NCBI GenBank assembly: GCA_963665775.2
Contig: CAXXTF010000002.1
Span: 1,376,001 to 1,440,000, forward strand
Reading direction: 5' to 3'
From: Dehalococcoidia bacterium
GTDB taxonomy: Bacteria; Chloroflexota; Dehalococcoidia; SM23-28-2; RBG-16-64-32
DNA length: 64,000 bases
Position 1 is the first letter of the stretch, and each line of letters opens with the position of its first letter. The notes under the pieces were generated by a model. It ran no database searches and was not told where the DNA came from. It saw only the letters and a program-made list of their open reading frames with translations. This document shows, in pieces, positions 31,881-45,154 of the stretch. The translations under genes were made by a program, and so were the position numbers.

Positions 31881-32879
31881 ATGGGTTCCACGATGTCCAA
31901 GAGCGACCGCGTATTTGCCGCCCTGCGTGGCGAGGAGCTGGATCGTGTCCCGGTCTCCGCCTGGTGGCACGACTTCCTGCGCGAATGGTCTGCCGAGGGT
32001 CTAGCCCTGGCCACCCTGGAGGCCTATCGCAAGTACGATTGGGACCTTATCAAGGTGAACCCTCGGGCCTGCTACTACGCTGAAGATTGGGGCTCTCGTT
32101 TCCGCGCTTCCGGCCAGCCCGACCGCGCGCCGGAGCTCATCGAGCCAGCCATCAAATCGCCGCCAGAACTGCGCCGCCTAGAACCTCTGGACGTCAGCCG
32201 GGGTGCCTACGGTCAGCAGGTGGCGGCGCTGTCTGTCATCGCCCGAGAGCTGGCGGCTGAGGTGCCCTTTATCCAGACCGTATTCTCGCCCCTGGCGGCG
32301 ATGACCCGCCTCTGCGGCTCGACTGCTCGAGTCCAGGAGTTCATGCGCGAACACCCGGACGATCTTCTGTCCGCTCTGGGAGCTGTTACCGACACCATTT
32401 TTGCCTACGCTGCCGCCTGCCGTGATGCCGGCGCCGCCGGAATCTTCTTCGCTACCGTGGAGTGGGGCTCCGCTGATGTAATCTCCCCTGAGGCTTACGA
32501 CCGGTTCGCCCGGCCCTTCGACCTGCGCGTGCTGGAGGCGGTTCGGGACGCGCCCCTTAACATCCTTCACATCTGCCGTCAGAACAACCACCTGCGCCGT
32601 CTCCTGGATTATCCCGTCCACATCTTCCATTGGGCTGCCGACTCTACGTCCAACCCCTCCCTCGCCGATATCGCTGCCAGCACCGGCGGCGCCGTCATGG
32701 GCGGCGTCGCCGTCGACTCGATGGGCGCGGACGGCTCCCCAGCCAACGTGGCCGCCGCAGCCCGTCGCGCCATCGAGGAGACCGAGGGGCGCCGCTTCCT
32801 TCTGGCTCCCGGCTGCTCCATCAGTCCGCAGAGCCCGGAGGCGAACCTGCGCGCCCTTCGGGAGGCCACCCGGTTATGA
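31881..32879 (+). CDS. Uroporphyrinogen decarboxylase (URO-D) superfamily protein
   Basis: DRVPV, TVFSP, ILHIC, GGV, FLLAPGC. Confidence 0.82.
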   Translation: MGSTMSKSDRVFAALRGEELDRVPVSAWWHDFLREWSAEGLALATLEAYRKYDWDLIKVNPRACYYAEDWGSRFRASGQPDRAPELIEPAIKSPPELRRLEPLDVSRGAYGQQVAALSVIARELAAEVPFIQTVFSPLAAMTRLCGSTARVQEFMREHPDDLLSALGAVTDTIFAYAAACRDAGAAGIFFATVEWGSADVISPEAYDRFARPFDLRVLEAVRDAPLNILHICRQNNHLRRLLDYPVHIFHWAADSTSNPSLADIAASTGGAVMGGVAVDSMGADGSPANVAAAARRAIEETEGRRFLLAPGCSISPQSPEANLRALREATRL

Positions 32880-33814
32880 GCGTGGCCCTGCTCCGCGGTG
32901 AGCTTTCGCGCGTCGCCCCCGGGCGCCCATGCGCGGTGACTATCGGTGTCTTCGATGGTGTCCACAGGGGCCACCAGCACCTGGTGGCGCTCCTCCTGGA
33001 GCGCGCCCGGCGGGACGGGCTGGCCAGCGTGGCCCTGACCTTCAACCCTCATCCTCGCGCCGTCATCCGGCCGGGCACCGCCATCTCCTACCTCGCCTCG
33101 GTGGAAGAGCGGGTTGAGCTGTTGCAGGCCCTGGGCCTCGATGCGGTGGGAGTCCTCCCGTTCACGTCGGAGGTGGCGCAGCTCTCAGCCTGCGACTTCC
33201 AGTCTCTCCTGGTGGAGCAGCTGGAGATGAAGCTCCTCGTCGTCGGTCCGGACTTCGCCCTGGGCCGCAACCGGGAGGGCAGCGTTGGCGTCCTGCGCGA
33301 TATCGGCGACTCCCTGGGCTACCGGGTCGAGGTCGCCGCCCTTCTGGCCCAGGACGGCGAGAAGGTTGGCTCCTCCTCGGTGCGCCACGCCCTCGCTCAG
33401 GGAAACCTGGAGCAGGTAGCCGGTCTGCTGGGCCGGACCTTCTCCCTGCGCGGCCCCGTCGTCATGGGCGCACGCCGAGGCCGCACCATCGGCTTCCCTA
33501 CCGCGAACATAGCCCTCGGCCCGGACCGGGCCACTCCCTCCTTCGGCATCTACGTAACTCGGGCCTACCTCCGCGACGGCGTCCGGCCCTCCTGTACCAG
33601 CATCGGGGTCCGACCCACCTTCGACTCCGACGCCAGCCCCACGGTGGAGACCTACATTCTCGATTTCGATGGTGACCTCTACGGCCAGGAGCTGCGTATC
33701 GACCTCGTCCACCGGCTGCGCGACGAGCTCAAGTTCGATTCCGTGGACGATCTTGTGACCGAGATCCGCCGCGATGTCCAGAAGACGAGGGACTACTTCC
33801 GTGAGCACGGCTAA
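32876..33814 (+). CDS. ribF: Bifunctional riboflavin kinase/FAD synthetase
   Basis: IGVFDGVHRGH, GRTIGFPTAN, GVRPTF, LRDELKF. Confidence 0.95.
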   Translation: MSVALLRGELSRVAPGRPCAVTIGVFDGVHRGHQHLVALLLERARRDGLASVALTFNPHPRAVIRPGTAISYLASVEERVELLQALGLDAVGVLPFTSEVAQLSACDFQSLLVEQLEMKLLVVGPDFALGRNREGSVGVLRDIGDSLGYRVEVAALLAQDGEKVGSSSVRHALAQGNLEQVAGLLGRTFSLRGPVVMGARRGRTIGFPTANIALGPDRATPSFGIYVTRAYLRDGVRPSCTSIGVRPTFDSDASPTVETYILDFDGDLYGQELRIDLVHRLRDELKFDSVDDLVTEIRRDVQKTRDYFREHG

Positions 33815-35084
33815 GGCTCGCGTCCCGACCGACGAGGAGTTTCGCTGGATCACGACTCGCGCCGTCGCCGAGATCATCCCTCACGAGGAGTTCGTTAAAG
33901 CGCTGCGCTCTGGCCGTCGTCTACGCCTGAAGATGGGGTTCGACCCCAGTGCGCCGGACCTCACCCTTGGCCACACCGTCGGCCTGCGCAAGCTGCGCCA
34001 GCTCCAGGAGCTCGGGCACACGGTCGTCATCATCGTCGGCGATTGGACGGCGCGCATCGGCGACCCCTCCGGGCAGTCGCGCACCCGCCCCATGCTCACC
34101 CCGGAAGAGGTCAAGGCTAACGCCGATACGTACCTGCGCCAGTTCTTCACGATCGTCGACCGCGAACTGACGGAAGTGCGCTGGCAGAGCGAATGGTTCG
34201 ACGAGTTCACGCTCGCCGAGGTCGTTCGCCTGGCCGCCAAGTTCACCGTCTCCCAGATGCTCCAGCGGGACGACTTCGCCGACCGGTTCGCCGCCAAGAA
34301 GCCGATCGGCATCCACGAGTTCCTCTACCCCCTCCTCCAGGCCTACGACTCCGTGGCCGTGGAGGCCGACGTGGAGTTCGGCGGCACCGATCAGAAGTTC
34401 AACCTGCTCGTCGGTCGCGAGCTGCAGGCCGACCGCGGACAGCCTTCACAGGCCGTTTTCCTTGTGCCCCTCCTGGTCGGCACCGACGGCAAGATCAAGA
34501 TGAGCAAGTCGTTGGGCAACTACATTGCCGTGGACGATCCGCCCCACGACATGTACGGCAAGCTTATGTCCATCCCGGACGCCCTGATCTCCGCCTACTT
34601 CGAGCTTCTCACGGACGTTCCGGACGAGGAGCTTGCGGTCATCCGTGCGTCTATCGAGAAGCACACGACGAACCCCATGGAGCACAAGCTGCGCCTGGCC
34701 CGGGGGATCGTGGAGCAGTTCCACGGCGAGGAGGCAGGGCAGGCGGCGGCAGCGGAGTTCGAGCGGGTTTTCCGAAAGCGGGAGTCGCCGGAGGAGATGG
34801 TTGATCTCCCCCTGAACCAGCTGCCAAGGGCCAAAAGGAGTCCGAGTGCGGAAGGGGCGGGTGTTCAGTTATATGACCTTGGTGCCGCACTTTGGCGTTG
34901 TGGCTTCGCCCCCAGTAACTCTGAGGCCAGAAGACTTATCAAGCAGGGGGCAGTTGAGATCAACGGGGGGAAAATCAGCTCCAACGTGATCTCTCTAGAA
35001 TCAGGAATGGTCATCCGCGTGGGCAAGCACCGCTTCCTGCGCATCGTGGACGCCGATTCGAGCCAGGGGAGACAGCGGACCTAA
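33801..35084 (+). CDS. tyrS: Tyrosine--tRNA ligase
   Basis: GFDPSAPDLTLGH, YPLLQAYD, GGTDQKFN, KMSKS, C-terminal S4 domain. Confidence 0.96.
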   Translation: MSTAKARVPTDEEFRWITTRAVAEIIPHEEFVKALRSGRRLRLKMGFDPSAPDLTLGHTVGLRKLRQLQELGHTVVIIVGDWTARIGDPSGQSRTRPMLTPEEVKANADTYLRQFFTIVDRELTEVRWQSEWFDEFTLAEVVRLAAKFTVSQMLQRDDFADRFAAKKPIGIHEFLYPLLQAYDSVAVEADVEFGGTDQKFNLLVGRELQADRGQPSQAVFLVPLLVGTDGKIKMSKSLGNYIAVDDPPHDMYGKLMSIPDALISAYFELLTDVPDEELAVIRASIEKHTTNPMEHKLRLARGIVEQFHGEEAGQAAAAEFERVFRKRESPEEMVDLPLNQLPRAKRSPSAEGAGVQLYDLGAALWRCGFAPSNSEARRLIKQGAVEINGGKISSNVISLESGMVIRVGKHRFLRIVDADSSQGRQRT

Positions 35085-35139
35085 AAACTACCTAGCTGCC
35101 GGCTTCCTGCGGCTTACGCTATAATGTAGCGGCCTGCTC

Positions 35140-35574
35140 ATGCCTATCTACGAGTTCCACTGCAATAGCTGCCAGCGCCTGACCTCCGTGTTCAGCCGCA
35201 GCGTCGGCTCGCCGGTGGCCGCCGCCTGCGAGCACTGCAGCTCCGACGACCTCTCGCGCCTCATCTCCCGCACCGTGCACCTGAAGGGTGAGGCCAAGCG
35301 TATCGCCGAAACCGACGCCGGGCGGCTCATGGGCGGCCTCGATAACCAGACCATGCCAGACCGCGGCGAATTCGCCCGCTGGGCCCGGAAAATGGGCGGC
35401 GAACTGGGCAGCGAGATGGGGGCCAAGTTCCGTGACCTGTCGGACAAGGCCGAGGCCGGCGAGGACCCGTTGGAGCGTGTCGATCCCTACCACACCCTCA
35501 ACTATGCCCTCCAGGAGGGCGCTGACCAGGCCGGCGGAGACGCGGCGGACTCCGATGGCGCCGACGACGAATGA
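35140..35574 (+). CDS. FmdB-family zinc ribbon protein 1
   Basis: MPIYEFHC..C...CEHC.S. Confidence 0.85.
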   Translation: MPIYEFHCNSCQRLTSVFSRSVGSPVAAACEHCSSDDLSRLISRTVHLKGEAKRIAETDAGRLMGGLDNQTMPDRGEFARWARKMGGELGSEMGAKFRDLSDKAEAGEDPLERVDPYHTLNYALQEGADQAGGDAADSDGADDE

Positions 35575-35589
35575 CCCACCGTCTCGACT

Positions 35590-35955
35590 ATGCCTATCTA
35601 CGAGTTCCGCTGTAACCGCTGCCGGCGCCGCACCTCTGTGTTCAGCCGCAGCATCAGCTCGCCGGTGGCCGCCGTCTGCGAGCACTGTGGCTCCGACGAC
35701 CTCTCACGCCTCATCTCCCGCGTCGCCGTTCTCCACTCGGAGGACGACATCTTCTCGGGCCTCGACGAGTCCAGCCTGTCCGATATCGATGAGAACGACC
35801 CCCGCTCCGTCGCCCGTTGGGTCCGCCGCATGAGCCGCGAGAGGGGCGAGACGATGGACGCCGATATGGAGGGGGACCTGGAGCGCATGGAGGCTGGCGA
35901 GATGCCCGACGAGTTCGGCGACGATGAGGCCGACGATACCTTCGCCGAGGACTGA
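35590..35955 (+). CDS. FmdB-family zinc ribbon protein 2
   Basis: MPIYEFRC..C...CEHCGS; DENDPRSVARW. Confidence 0.88.
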   Translation: MPIYEFRCNRCRRRTSVFSRSISSPVAAVCEHCGSDDLSRLISRVAVLHSEDDIFSGLDESSLSDIDENDPRSVARWVRRMSRERGETMDADMEGDLERMEAGEMPDEFGDDEADDTFAED

Positions 35956-35957
35956 CC

Positions 35958-36128
35958 ATGCCCACCTACGAGTTCAGATGTCAGGGCTGCGGCCACCTCA
36001 GCAGCGTCATCACCAGGAGCGTCGGCGCCTCGTTCGAGGAGTACGAGGTAGAGCTGCCAGAAGAGACCCGCGAGATGATAGACGCCGCCCGCGAAGGCGC
36101 GTTCCCAGGGCCGCTAAAGGAGCTGTAA
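35958..36128 (+). pseudogene. Third FmdB-family copy, internally deleted (not in ORF track)
   Basis: MPTYEFRCQGCGHLSSVITRSVGASFEEYEVELPEETREMIDAAREG...; second CxxC missing. Confidence 0.65.
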
Positions 36129-36181
36129 GGCGTGAGCGTACCCCGCCCTGGGGCTAAGCGTTAAGGCTGTAGGGGTCTAAT

Positions 36182-37036
36182 GTGGCGCTTTCTTTCCGGT
36201 TCCTACCCGCAGTCGTTCTTGCTGCCACGGTTGCCCTGGTCGCCTGCGAAGACGGCGGTGAGCTCCCCGCCGCGTCAACGCCGAGCCCGACGGCTACGGC
36301 GAGGCCGACGCCGAGTCCTACCGCTACGGCGAACCCGACGCCGAGCCTAACAGTGGCCGCTACGCCGTCACCTACGCCTAGCCCGACGCCGATCGAGATC
36401 GAGGGCATGGAGGGATTCCGGGCCTTTGCCGCGCAAATGGACAGGGCTATAGCGACAGCGGACGTGAAGTTCTTTCTGGACAACGTCACCTTCGAAGACC
36501 TGGACTGCGACGACGCGCATGTGGCGCCGGACTCCTGCTTCCGGCTGGAGAACGATCCCTTGAAGGGCGTAGTAAGGGTAAGGATCGAGTCGGTGGATAC
36601 CGTACCGGGCATCGGCCTGGGGGTGTGGACATCGGAGGGCTTCGGGCTGGATGCCGCTGGATACGAAGAGTTCATTCGGGAGTCCTTGACAGAGTTTGAT
36701 GCCGGGGCCTCCGACGCTTATGGAGATGCTAAGCCCCAGCTCTACGCATACGCCATCTTACGTCCTGAGTTCCAAAGCCCATCCACTACCCTGGAGACGA
36801 TCCAGGCTATCACCACCCGCATCGTTCCCGGCCCCGCGCCGAGGTTCCCTCCGCCGGGAAGAGGCGTTCTTATCGTTCATACTAGCTTCGATGGCCAGCG
36901 CTGGACCATTACCCGCTTAACGGTTACCCCATCGCCGTTTCTCTACCCGCCCACAGCGGCACTTCTTGACCCCACCACGCCGGAGGCGATAGACATCTTG
37001 CAGTACTGGGAACGCTGGGAGGGGAGCACGCCATGA
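36182..37036 (+). CDS. Putative lipoprotein with P/T-rich linker
   Basis: Lipobox LVAC, TPSPT repeats, unknown C-terminal domain. Confidence 0.75.
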   Translation: MALSFRFLPAVVLAATVALVACEDGGELPAASTPSPTATARPTPSPTATANPTPSLTVAATPSPTPSPTPIEIEGMEGFRAFAAQMDRAIATADVKFFLDNVTFEDLDCDDAHVAPDSCFRLENDPLKGVVRVRIESVDTVPGIGLGVWTSEGFGLDAAGYEEFIRESLTEFDAGASDAYGDAKPQLYAYAILRPEFQSPSTTLETIQAITTRIVPGPAPRFPPPGRGVLIVHTSFDGQRWTITRLTVTPSPFLYPPTAALLDPTTPEAIDILQYWERWEGSTP

Positions 37037-37671
37037 ACACGGACGGACTCAGCGAGATCATCGAATCTATCCGCCTCCACCTGGACGCCAAGCATCGCGC
37101 CAGGGAGCGGGCCCTCGCCCTCTCCCGCGATGTTATCCGTCTCTCGGCCAACGCCATCCGCGCCGTCCACCGCCGCGACTTCGACGCCGCCGAGAAGCTG
37201 ATCGCGCAGGGGCGGAGCAACCTGGAGCAGGTCGCCGCTGACCTGGCCGACCACCGCGATATCTTCCATGCCGGCTTCGTCCACGACGCCCAGAAGGAGT
37301 ACGCGGAGGCCTCCCTCACCCTGGCCGTGATCGCCGGTCGCCCCCTGCCCTCGGCGGACAGCCTCGGCATCATGGCGCCCGCCTACCTCAACGGCCTGGG
37401 CGAGACCGTGGGCGAGCTGCGCCGCCACCTTCTGGACAGCCTTCGCCAGGGCGACATCGGCCACTGCGAGGAGACGCTCGCGGCCATGACCGACATCTAC
37501 GACATCCTCGTGACGATGGACTACCCGGAGGCCGTCACCGGCGGCCTCCGTCGCACCACAGACGCCGTACGCGGCATCCTGGAGCGCACCCGCGGCGACT
37601 TCACCGCCGCCTACGTTCAGCGCAACCTTGAGGAGAAGCTGGACGAGTTCGGCAAGCGGCTGGGCGCCTAG
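37033..37671 (+). CDS. Translin-family protein
   Basis: RE.AL.LSR..IR.S..AIR.VH, QKEYAEA, YLNGLGETVGELRR, LRRTTD..R. Confidence 0.85.
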   Translation: MNTDGLSEIIESIRLHLDAKHRARERALALSRDVIRLSANAIRAVHRRDFDAAEKLIAQGRSNLEQVAADLADHRDIFHAGFVHDAQKEYAEASLTLAVIAGRPLPSADSLGIMAPAYLNGLGETVGELRRHLLDSLRQGDIGHCEETLAAMTDIYDILVTMDYPEAVTGGLRRTTDAVRGILERTRGDFTAAYVQRNLEEKLDEFGKRLGA

Positions 37672-37744
37672 GACCAGAACTCGTCCGTCTGGCGCTGGTC
37701 CGCCGCGAAGGACCGGACCCTCCTTCTGTTGCTGGCATCGGGCC

Positions 37745-38155
37745 CTATCGAATCTCCAGGAGCTCCACCTCGAAGATGAGCGTGGCGTTAGGCGGTATGG
37801 CGCCGCCGGCGCCCCTTTCGCCGTAGGCGAGATCGGGTGGGATAATCAGCCGTCGCTTGCCGCCCACCTGCATCGTGGCCACGCCTTCGTCCCAGCCCCG
37901 GATCACCCCGCCCAGGCCGATGGCGAAGGAGAAGGGCTGGCCGCTGTCCACAGAGCTGTCGAACTTCGTTCCGTCCTCCAGCCAGCCCGTGTAGTGCACT
38001 ACTACCGTCTGCCCCGTCTTAGGAGACTCGCCGTCGCCTGGCTGGATGTCAACGTACTGAAGGCCGCTGTCTGTCGTGATCGTTTCGTTCTGTGTCATGC
38101 CATCTCCTCCGCCGCAGGCGACCAGGACGATCGCGCCGACCGTCAGGATCGCCAA
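37745..38155 (-). CDS. FKBP-type peptidyl-prolyl isomerase (lipoprotein; start uncertain)
   Basis: [37 protein letters not shown]. Confidence 0.93.
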   Translation of the reverse strand: MAILTVGAIVLVACGGGDGMTQNETITTDSGLQYVDIQPGDGESPKTGQTVVVHYTGWLEDGTKFDSSVDSGQPFSFAIGLGGVIRGWDEGVATMQVGGKRRLIIPPDLAYGERGAGGAIPPNATLIFEVELLEIR

Positions 38156-38253
38156 CAGTGCTAACTAGGTATGTTGATAACGAATACCGCTCATCTCTTC
38201 GCTGCTCCTGATTGGCTCTCATTCTAGCGCCAGGAGCTGGAGAGCGCTATCTA

Positions 38254-38265
38254 AAACCCTTGTTC
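38254..38265. promoter_or_regulatory. Probable LexA box upstream of uvrA
   Basis: AAAC-cctt-GTTC (one mismatch to GAAC-N4-GTTC), upstream of a TATAAT. Confidence 0.5.
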
Positions 38266-38322
38266 TAAACCTGGTATATTGCTATAATAGTCCGTTGAGC
38301 CGAAACTCCAGCGGAGGCCTTC

Positions 38323-41233
<2,911 letters not shown>

Positions 41234-41340
41234 CGGAGGCGATGGGACGGACGCAGATGAACCCGGACGAGGAGCAAGCGGTGGGCGGAAAGGCGGCCCG
41301 GCTCGTCGCCCTGCCCCGACGCAATCGAAACGACGTCGAA

Positions 41341-41958
41341 ATGACATATGATCCCGCCCGACACCATCGTCGATCCATCCGCCTGCCTGCGTACGACTAC
41401 GCACAGGCCGGCGCCTATTTCGTGACCATTTGTACCCAGAACCGGGATTTGATGTTCGGTGAGGTGGTCAAGGGACAGATGATCTTGAACGGCCCAGGCC
41501 AAATGATCGAATCGGTATGGCGTGAATCGCCACAACACTACCCCGGCGTCGAGATCGATACGTTCGTGCTCATGCCTAACCATCTCCGCGGTGTCATCAT
41601 CTTGGTAGGGGCAGGCCCCCGTGCCTGCCCTGACAATCCAGGGCAACCACCGGGGGTTGCCCCTACGGGGACGATGTCGTTGCCGGATGTGGTACATCGG
41701 TTCAAATCGTTGACCACGGCCAGATATCGCCGCCAGATTCTCCATGGCCGTTGTCTGCCATTACCCGGTCGGTTGTGGCAGCGCAACTACTATGAGCGGA
41801 TCATCCGCGACGATGCAGAATTTCACCGCGTCCGCCGGTACATAATCGATAACCCTGCCCACTGGGAGGAGGACCCGGAGAACCCGAGCGTGGTAGGGAC
41901 GCACGGCCGCGCGTCCCTACATTCCGACCGTCAGCAACGCGGAGGCGCCCTCCCATGA
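41341..41958 (+). CDS. REP-associated tyrosine transposase (RAYT, IS200-like Y1)
   Basis: RRSIRL..YDY...GAYFVTICT, MPNHLRG, FKS, LWQRNYYE.IIR, YI..NP..W. Confidence 0.88.
   Translation: MTYDPARHHRRSIRLPAYDYAQAGAYFVTICTQNRDLMFGEVVKGQMILNGPGQMIESVWRESPQHYPGVEIDTFVLMPNHLRGVIILVGAGPRACPDNPGQPPGVAPTGTMSLPDVVHRFKSLTTARYRRQILHGRCLPLPGRLWQRNYYERIIRDDAEFHRVRRYIIDNPAHWEEDPENPSVVGTHGRASLHSDRQQRGGALP
41605..41666. repeat. Inverted pair of GTAG REP elements inside the RAYT gene
   Basis: GTAGGGGCAGGC-cccgt-GCCTGCCC and GGGCAACC-accgg-GGGTTGCCCCTAC. Confidence 0.85.
41893..41920. repeat. GTAG REP palindrome
   Basis: GTAGGGACGC-acggccgc-GCGTCCCTAC. Confidence 0.85.
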
Positions 41959-42485
41959 CCCGCTTCGCCCTCCGCCTCCCGCAGCACCAGGCGCGCCTCG
42001 TCGCCCTGGCCGTCAGCCACCACCTGGCCCGCCCCGGCTCCGAGCTGGACGCCGATACCCTGGCCCCGCACACCCACGGCCTCGCCGAGCTGCCCGCCCT
42101 CCTAGACCCCCAGCTGGACGCCGAGACCGCCGCCCTCGAGCTCAGGCCGCTGCAGGTCACCCTCCTCTCCACCGCCCTCTCCGCCGTAATCAGCGAGCTC
42201 AAGATCTACTCCATCCTCGATACGATGGCCGGCGCCAGCGCCCGGCCTCGCTCCACCGCCGCCGGCTTCGACGACCGCCTGCGCACCCTTTTCCCGCAGG
42301 TCGCGGGCGACCCCGCCTACGCCTCGCAGTTGGCGGAGGACACGATCATGCTGCGCCGTCAGCTCCCCTCGCCCCGTGCTCAGGAGCTCCTGGAGAAGGA
42401 GCGAAAGGCCACCCGGGAGGCTGTCCGGGCCAGGAGGCCCTGGCACTTCTGGAAACGCTGGATTTCCGGCCGTCGCACCCCTTGA
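41955..42485 (+). CDS. Hypothetical protein
   Basis: GGAGG RBS, host-like GC3 codon bias, no recognised motif. Confidence 0.7.
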   Translation: MTRFALRLPQHQARLVALAVSHHLARPGSELDADTLAPHTHGLAELPALLDPQLDAETAALELRPLQVTLLSTALSAVISELKIYSILDTMAGASARPRSTAAGFDDRLRTLFPQVAGDPAYASQLAEDTIMLRRQLPSPRAQELLEKERKATREAVRARRPWHFWKRWISGRRTP

Positions 42486-42583
42486 CTTGCCTACTTCGCC
42501 GCGATAGCATGATTACAGATATGGAGTTGGGCATGTTTACACTTGCTATAGTTTCTAAATAGCCACCAGGGAGGGGCGGGTCT

Positions 42584-42874
<291 letters not shown>

Positions 42875-42895
42875 CTCTTACCCGTTCGCAAGTCA

Positions 42896-42926
42896 GAGGG
42901 CGACCCTCAACCAGGGGTCGCCCTTT
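42896..42926. terminator. Hairpin terminator between ferredoxin and thiE
   Basis: AGGGCGACCC-tcaaccag-GGGTCGCCCT followed by TT. Confidence 0.65.
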
Positions 42927-42958
42927 CGTCTGTTCTCTGATGGTCTCAGGCGTGGTGG

Positions 42959-43594
42959 CTAGACGCTTGGGAACCGAGCCGCGAGACGGCTCGCCGCCTC
43001 CCGCACGTCCGCTGCCGCCACCACCGCCGCGATCACCGATGCCATCTGCGCCCCCGCCGCCAGCACCTCATCGATGTTCGATTCGTTGATGCCGCCGATG
43101 GCGCACACCGGCACCGACACGGCCGCGCGCACCGCTCGCAGGGTGTCCAGCGTCGCCGGGCGGGTGTCCCGTTTGGAGCCGGTGGGGAACAGCCGCCCCA
43201 CGGAGACGTAGTCCGCGCCGTCCGCCTCTGCCCGCTGGGCCTCCTCTGGGTTGTTCGTGGAGCAGCCGATGATCATCGCCGGCGGCGTCAGCCTGCGAAC
43301 CGCCGTCACCGGCAGGTCCTTCTGCCCCAGGTGTACCCCGTGCGCCCCCACAGCCAACGCCAGGTCCACGTGGTCGTTCACGATGAACAGTGCGCCCCGC
43401 TCCTGACACAGGGATCGTAGCGCCTCTGCCATGGGGAGTTGCGTTCCCTTCTCCCGACCCTTGTCCCGCAGCTGGACGAGCCGCGCTCCGCCCTCGATGG
43501 CTTGCCGCGCCACCGCCACCTCGTCCCGGTCGCCCATGACCTCCGGGTCGATAATGACGTAAAGCCCGCGTAGCCTCTCTCGTGCGCCGATCAT
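42959..43594 (-). CDS. thiE: Thiamine-phosphate synthase
   Basis: LYVI, VQLRDK, FIVNDH, GVHLGQKD, FPTGSK, AIGGI. Confidence 0.94.
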   Translation of the reverse strand: MIGARERLRGLYVIIDPEVMGDRDEVAVARQAIEGGARLVQLRDKGREKGTQLPMAEALRSLCQERGALFIVNDHVDLALAVGAHGVHLGQKDLPVTAVRRLTPPAMIIGCSTNNPEEAQRAEADGADYVSVGRLFPTGSKRDTRPATLDTLRAVRAAVSVPVCAIGGINESNIDEVLAAGAQMASVIAAVVAAADVREAASRLAARFPSV

Positions 43595-43730
43595 TACGGT
43601 TGACAGCCTCTGTTATCCTGAGCGAGATTACATCAAGGATATGGAGCCGGTATGAGCCCCGTTTAGCCGGGGTTAGCATGTCCGCCTCCAACCCGTTTGT
43701 TGAGGATGGTTCCTCGGCTAGAATAGTAGC

Positions 43731-44933
43731 ATGTCGGGTAACCCTTCGCGCTTCTTACGCCGCTACTGGTTGGCGATCGCCATTATCGCCGCCTTCACCC
43801 TCCTGTGGGCTTCCCTTTGGAGCGTCCGCGAGACGAGGGTGGGCCTGACCGCCGCGTTCATAACGTCCGATCTCTTGCTCGATCTTCCGGTTAGCCCCCT
43901 GAAGCTCATCGGTGACGAGCCCATACGGGAGGAGGTCTGGCTGGACGCCCCCGAGGGACGCGGCCGCCTGGTGGCCGACGTCTATCGCCCGAAGGACGGC
44001 GATGCCCACGGTGCCATGATTATCTCCGTAGGGGCTGCCCCCAAGATCCGCGATCATCCGGGCATCGTTCGCCTGAGCAATGCTGCCGCCAGGGCCGGCA
44101 TTGTGGTCATGATCCCCCAGCTCTACTATCCGTTTCCGGAGAATGTCCTGCCTGAAGATGTCGCGGGGCTTGTGGACGCCTTTGGCACTAATATCCAGGA
44201 GATAGTCGCCTCTTACCAGTGGCTAAGCGAGCAACCCTACGTGGACCCGGACCGAGTGGGGATCTTTGGCGCCTCCGCCGGTGGCGGCATAGCCCTTATC
44301 GCCGCCGCCGACCCCCGCATCAGCGACGATGTCGATTTCGTCGCCGCTCTCGGCACCTATTACGACATGGTGGACTTGGTCAACGCCATCACCACCGAGT
44401 CGATCTCCTATAACGGCGAGTCTGAGCCCTGGGAGCCCAGGGTCAGGACCGTCCGCGTCCTCCACCGTTCCCTCATCTCGTTCCTGCCCGAAACTAGTGA
44501 CCGCGACATCCTCACGCGCATTTTGGTCGATGGGGATAGCTCAGCCGAGAAGGACGTTCCGTTGCTATCGGACCTGGGTCGCGATGTCTACGATGCCTTC
44601 CGGGAAAAGGACACGGAACGCGTTCTGGCCTTCTGGAGCGAAATGTCTCCTCAAGATGTCAGTAACCTGCGCAATATCTCGCCCTCCACGACCATTGCTA
44701 GCTTTAACACCGACCTCTTCATCATGACCGACCGCAGCGATCCCTATATACCGTATGTAGAATCTCGCCGTCTCCGCGATGCCGTTCCCCAAAACGGTAA
44801 TCATACTTACTACGCCGAGTTCAATTTCCTGAACCATGTGGAGCTGAGCAGCCCCGGCAATCCCTTCGCCTTCCTGGTTGACCTAGTCAAGCTGATTTTC
44901 AATTCCTGGCTCCTGTTATTGCATGTTCTCTGA
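43731..44933 (+). CDS. Membrane-anchored alpha/beta hydrolase-fold protein
   Basis: N-terminal TM, VDPDRVGIFGASAGG elbow, D/H near C-terminus. Confidence 0.72.
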   Translation: MSGNPSRFLRRYWLAIAIIAAFTLLWASLWSVRETRVGLTAAFITSDLLLDLPVSPLKLIGDEPIREEVWLDAPEGRGRLVADVYRPKDGDAHGAMIISVGAAPKIRDHPGIVRLSNAAARAGIVVMIPQLYYPFPENVLPEDVAGLVDAFGTNIQEIVASYQWLSEQPYVDPDRVGIFGASAGGGIALIAAADPRISDDVDFVAALGTYYDMVDLVNAITTESISYNGESEPWEPRVRTVRVLHRSLISFLPETSDRDILTRILVDGDSSAEKDVPLLSDLGRDVYDAFREKDTERVLAFWSEMSPQDVSNLRNISPSTTIASFNTDLFIMTDRSDPYIPYVESRRLRDAVPQNGNHTYYAEFNFLNHVELSSPGNPFAFLVDLVKLIFNSWLLLLHVL

Positions 44934-45154
44934 TAGAACTGGCGCGGCGGCGGCCCAGCACGGTCTACCCCCGATCTAAAAGGAGAGCCCGTCCGCCCGT
45001 TGGCGGCGATGGTGGCTGGGTCAGGGGCCGTCGCCCAAGCTAACGCCTGGTCGGGACGCTCGGACGGTGCCACGCCAGGGTAGGAGGCCGCCGCCGTGAG
45101 CCAGCGGACCCGGCTTAGGCAGAACGACAGGGCGGTCCGGTGTCCCCGTCTCCG

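Noticed and set aside
34820-35010. Diversity-generating retroelement variable region
   Set aside because: No reverse transcriptase and no template/variable repeat pair seen in the window.
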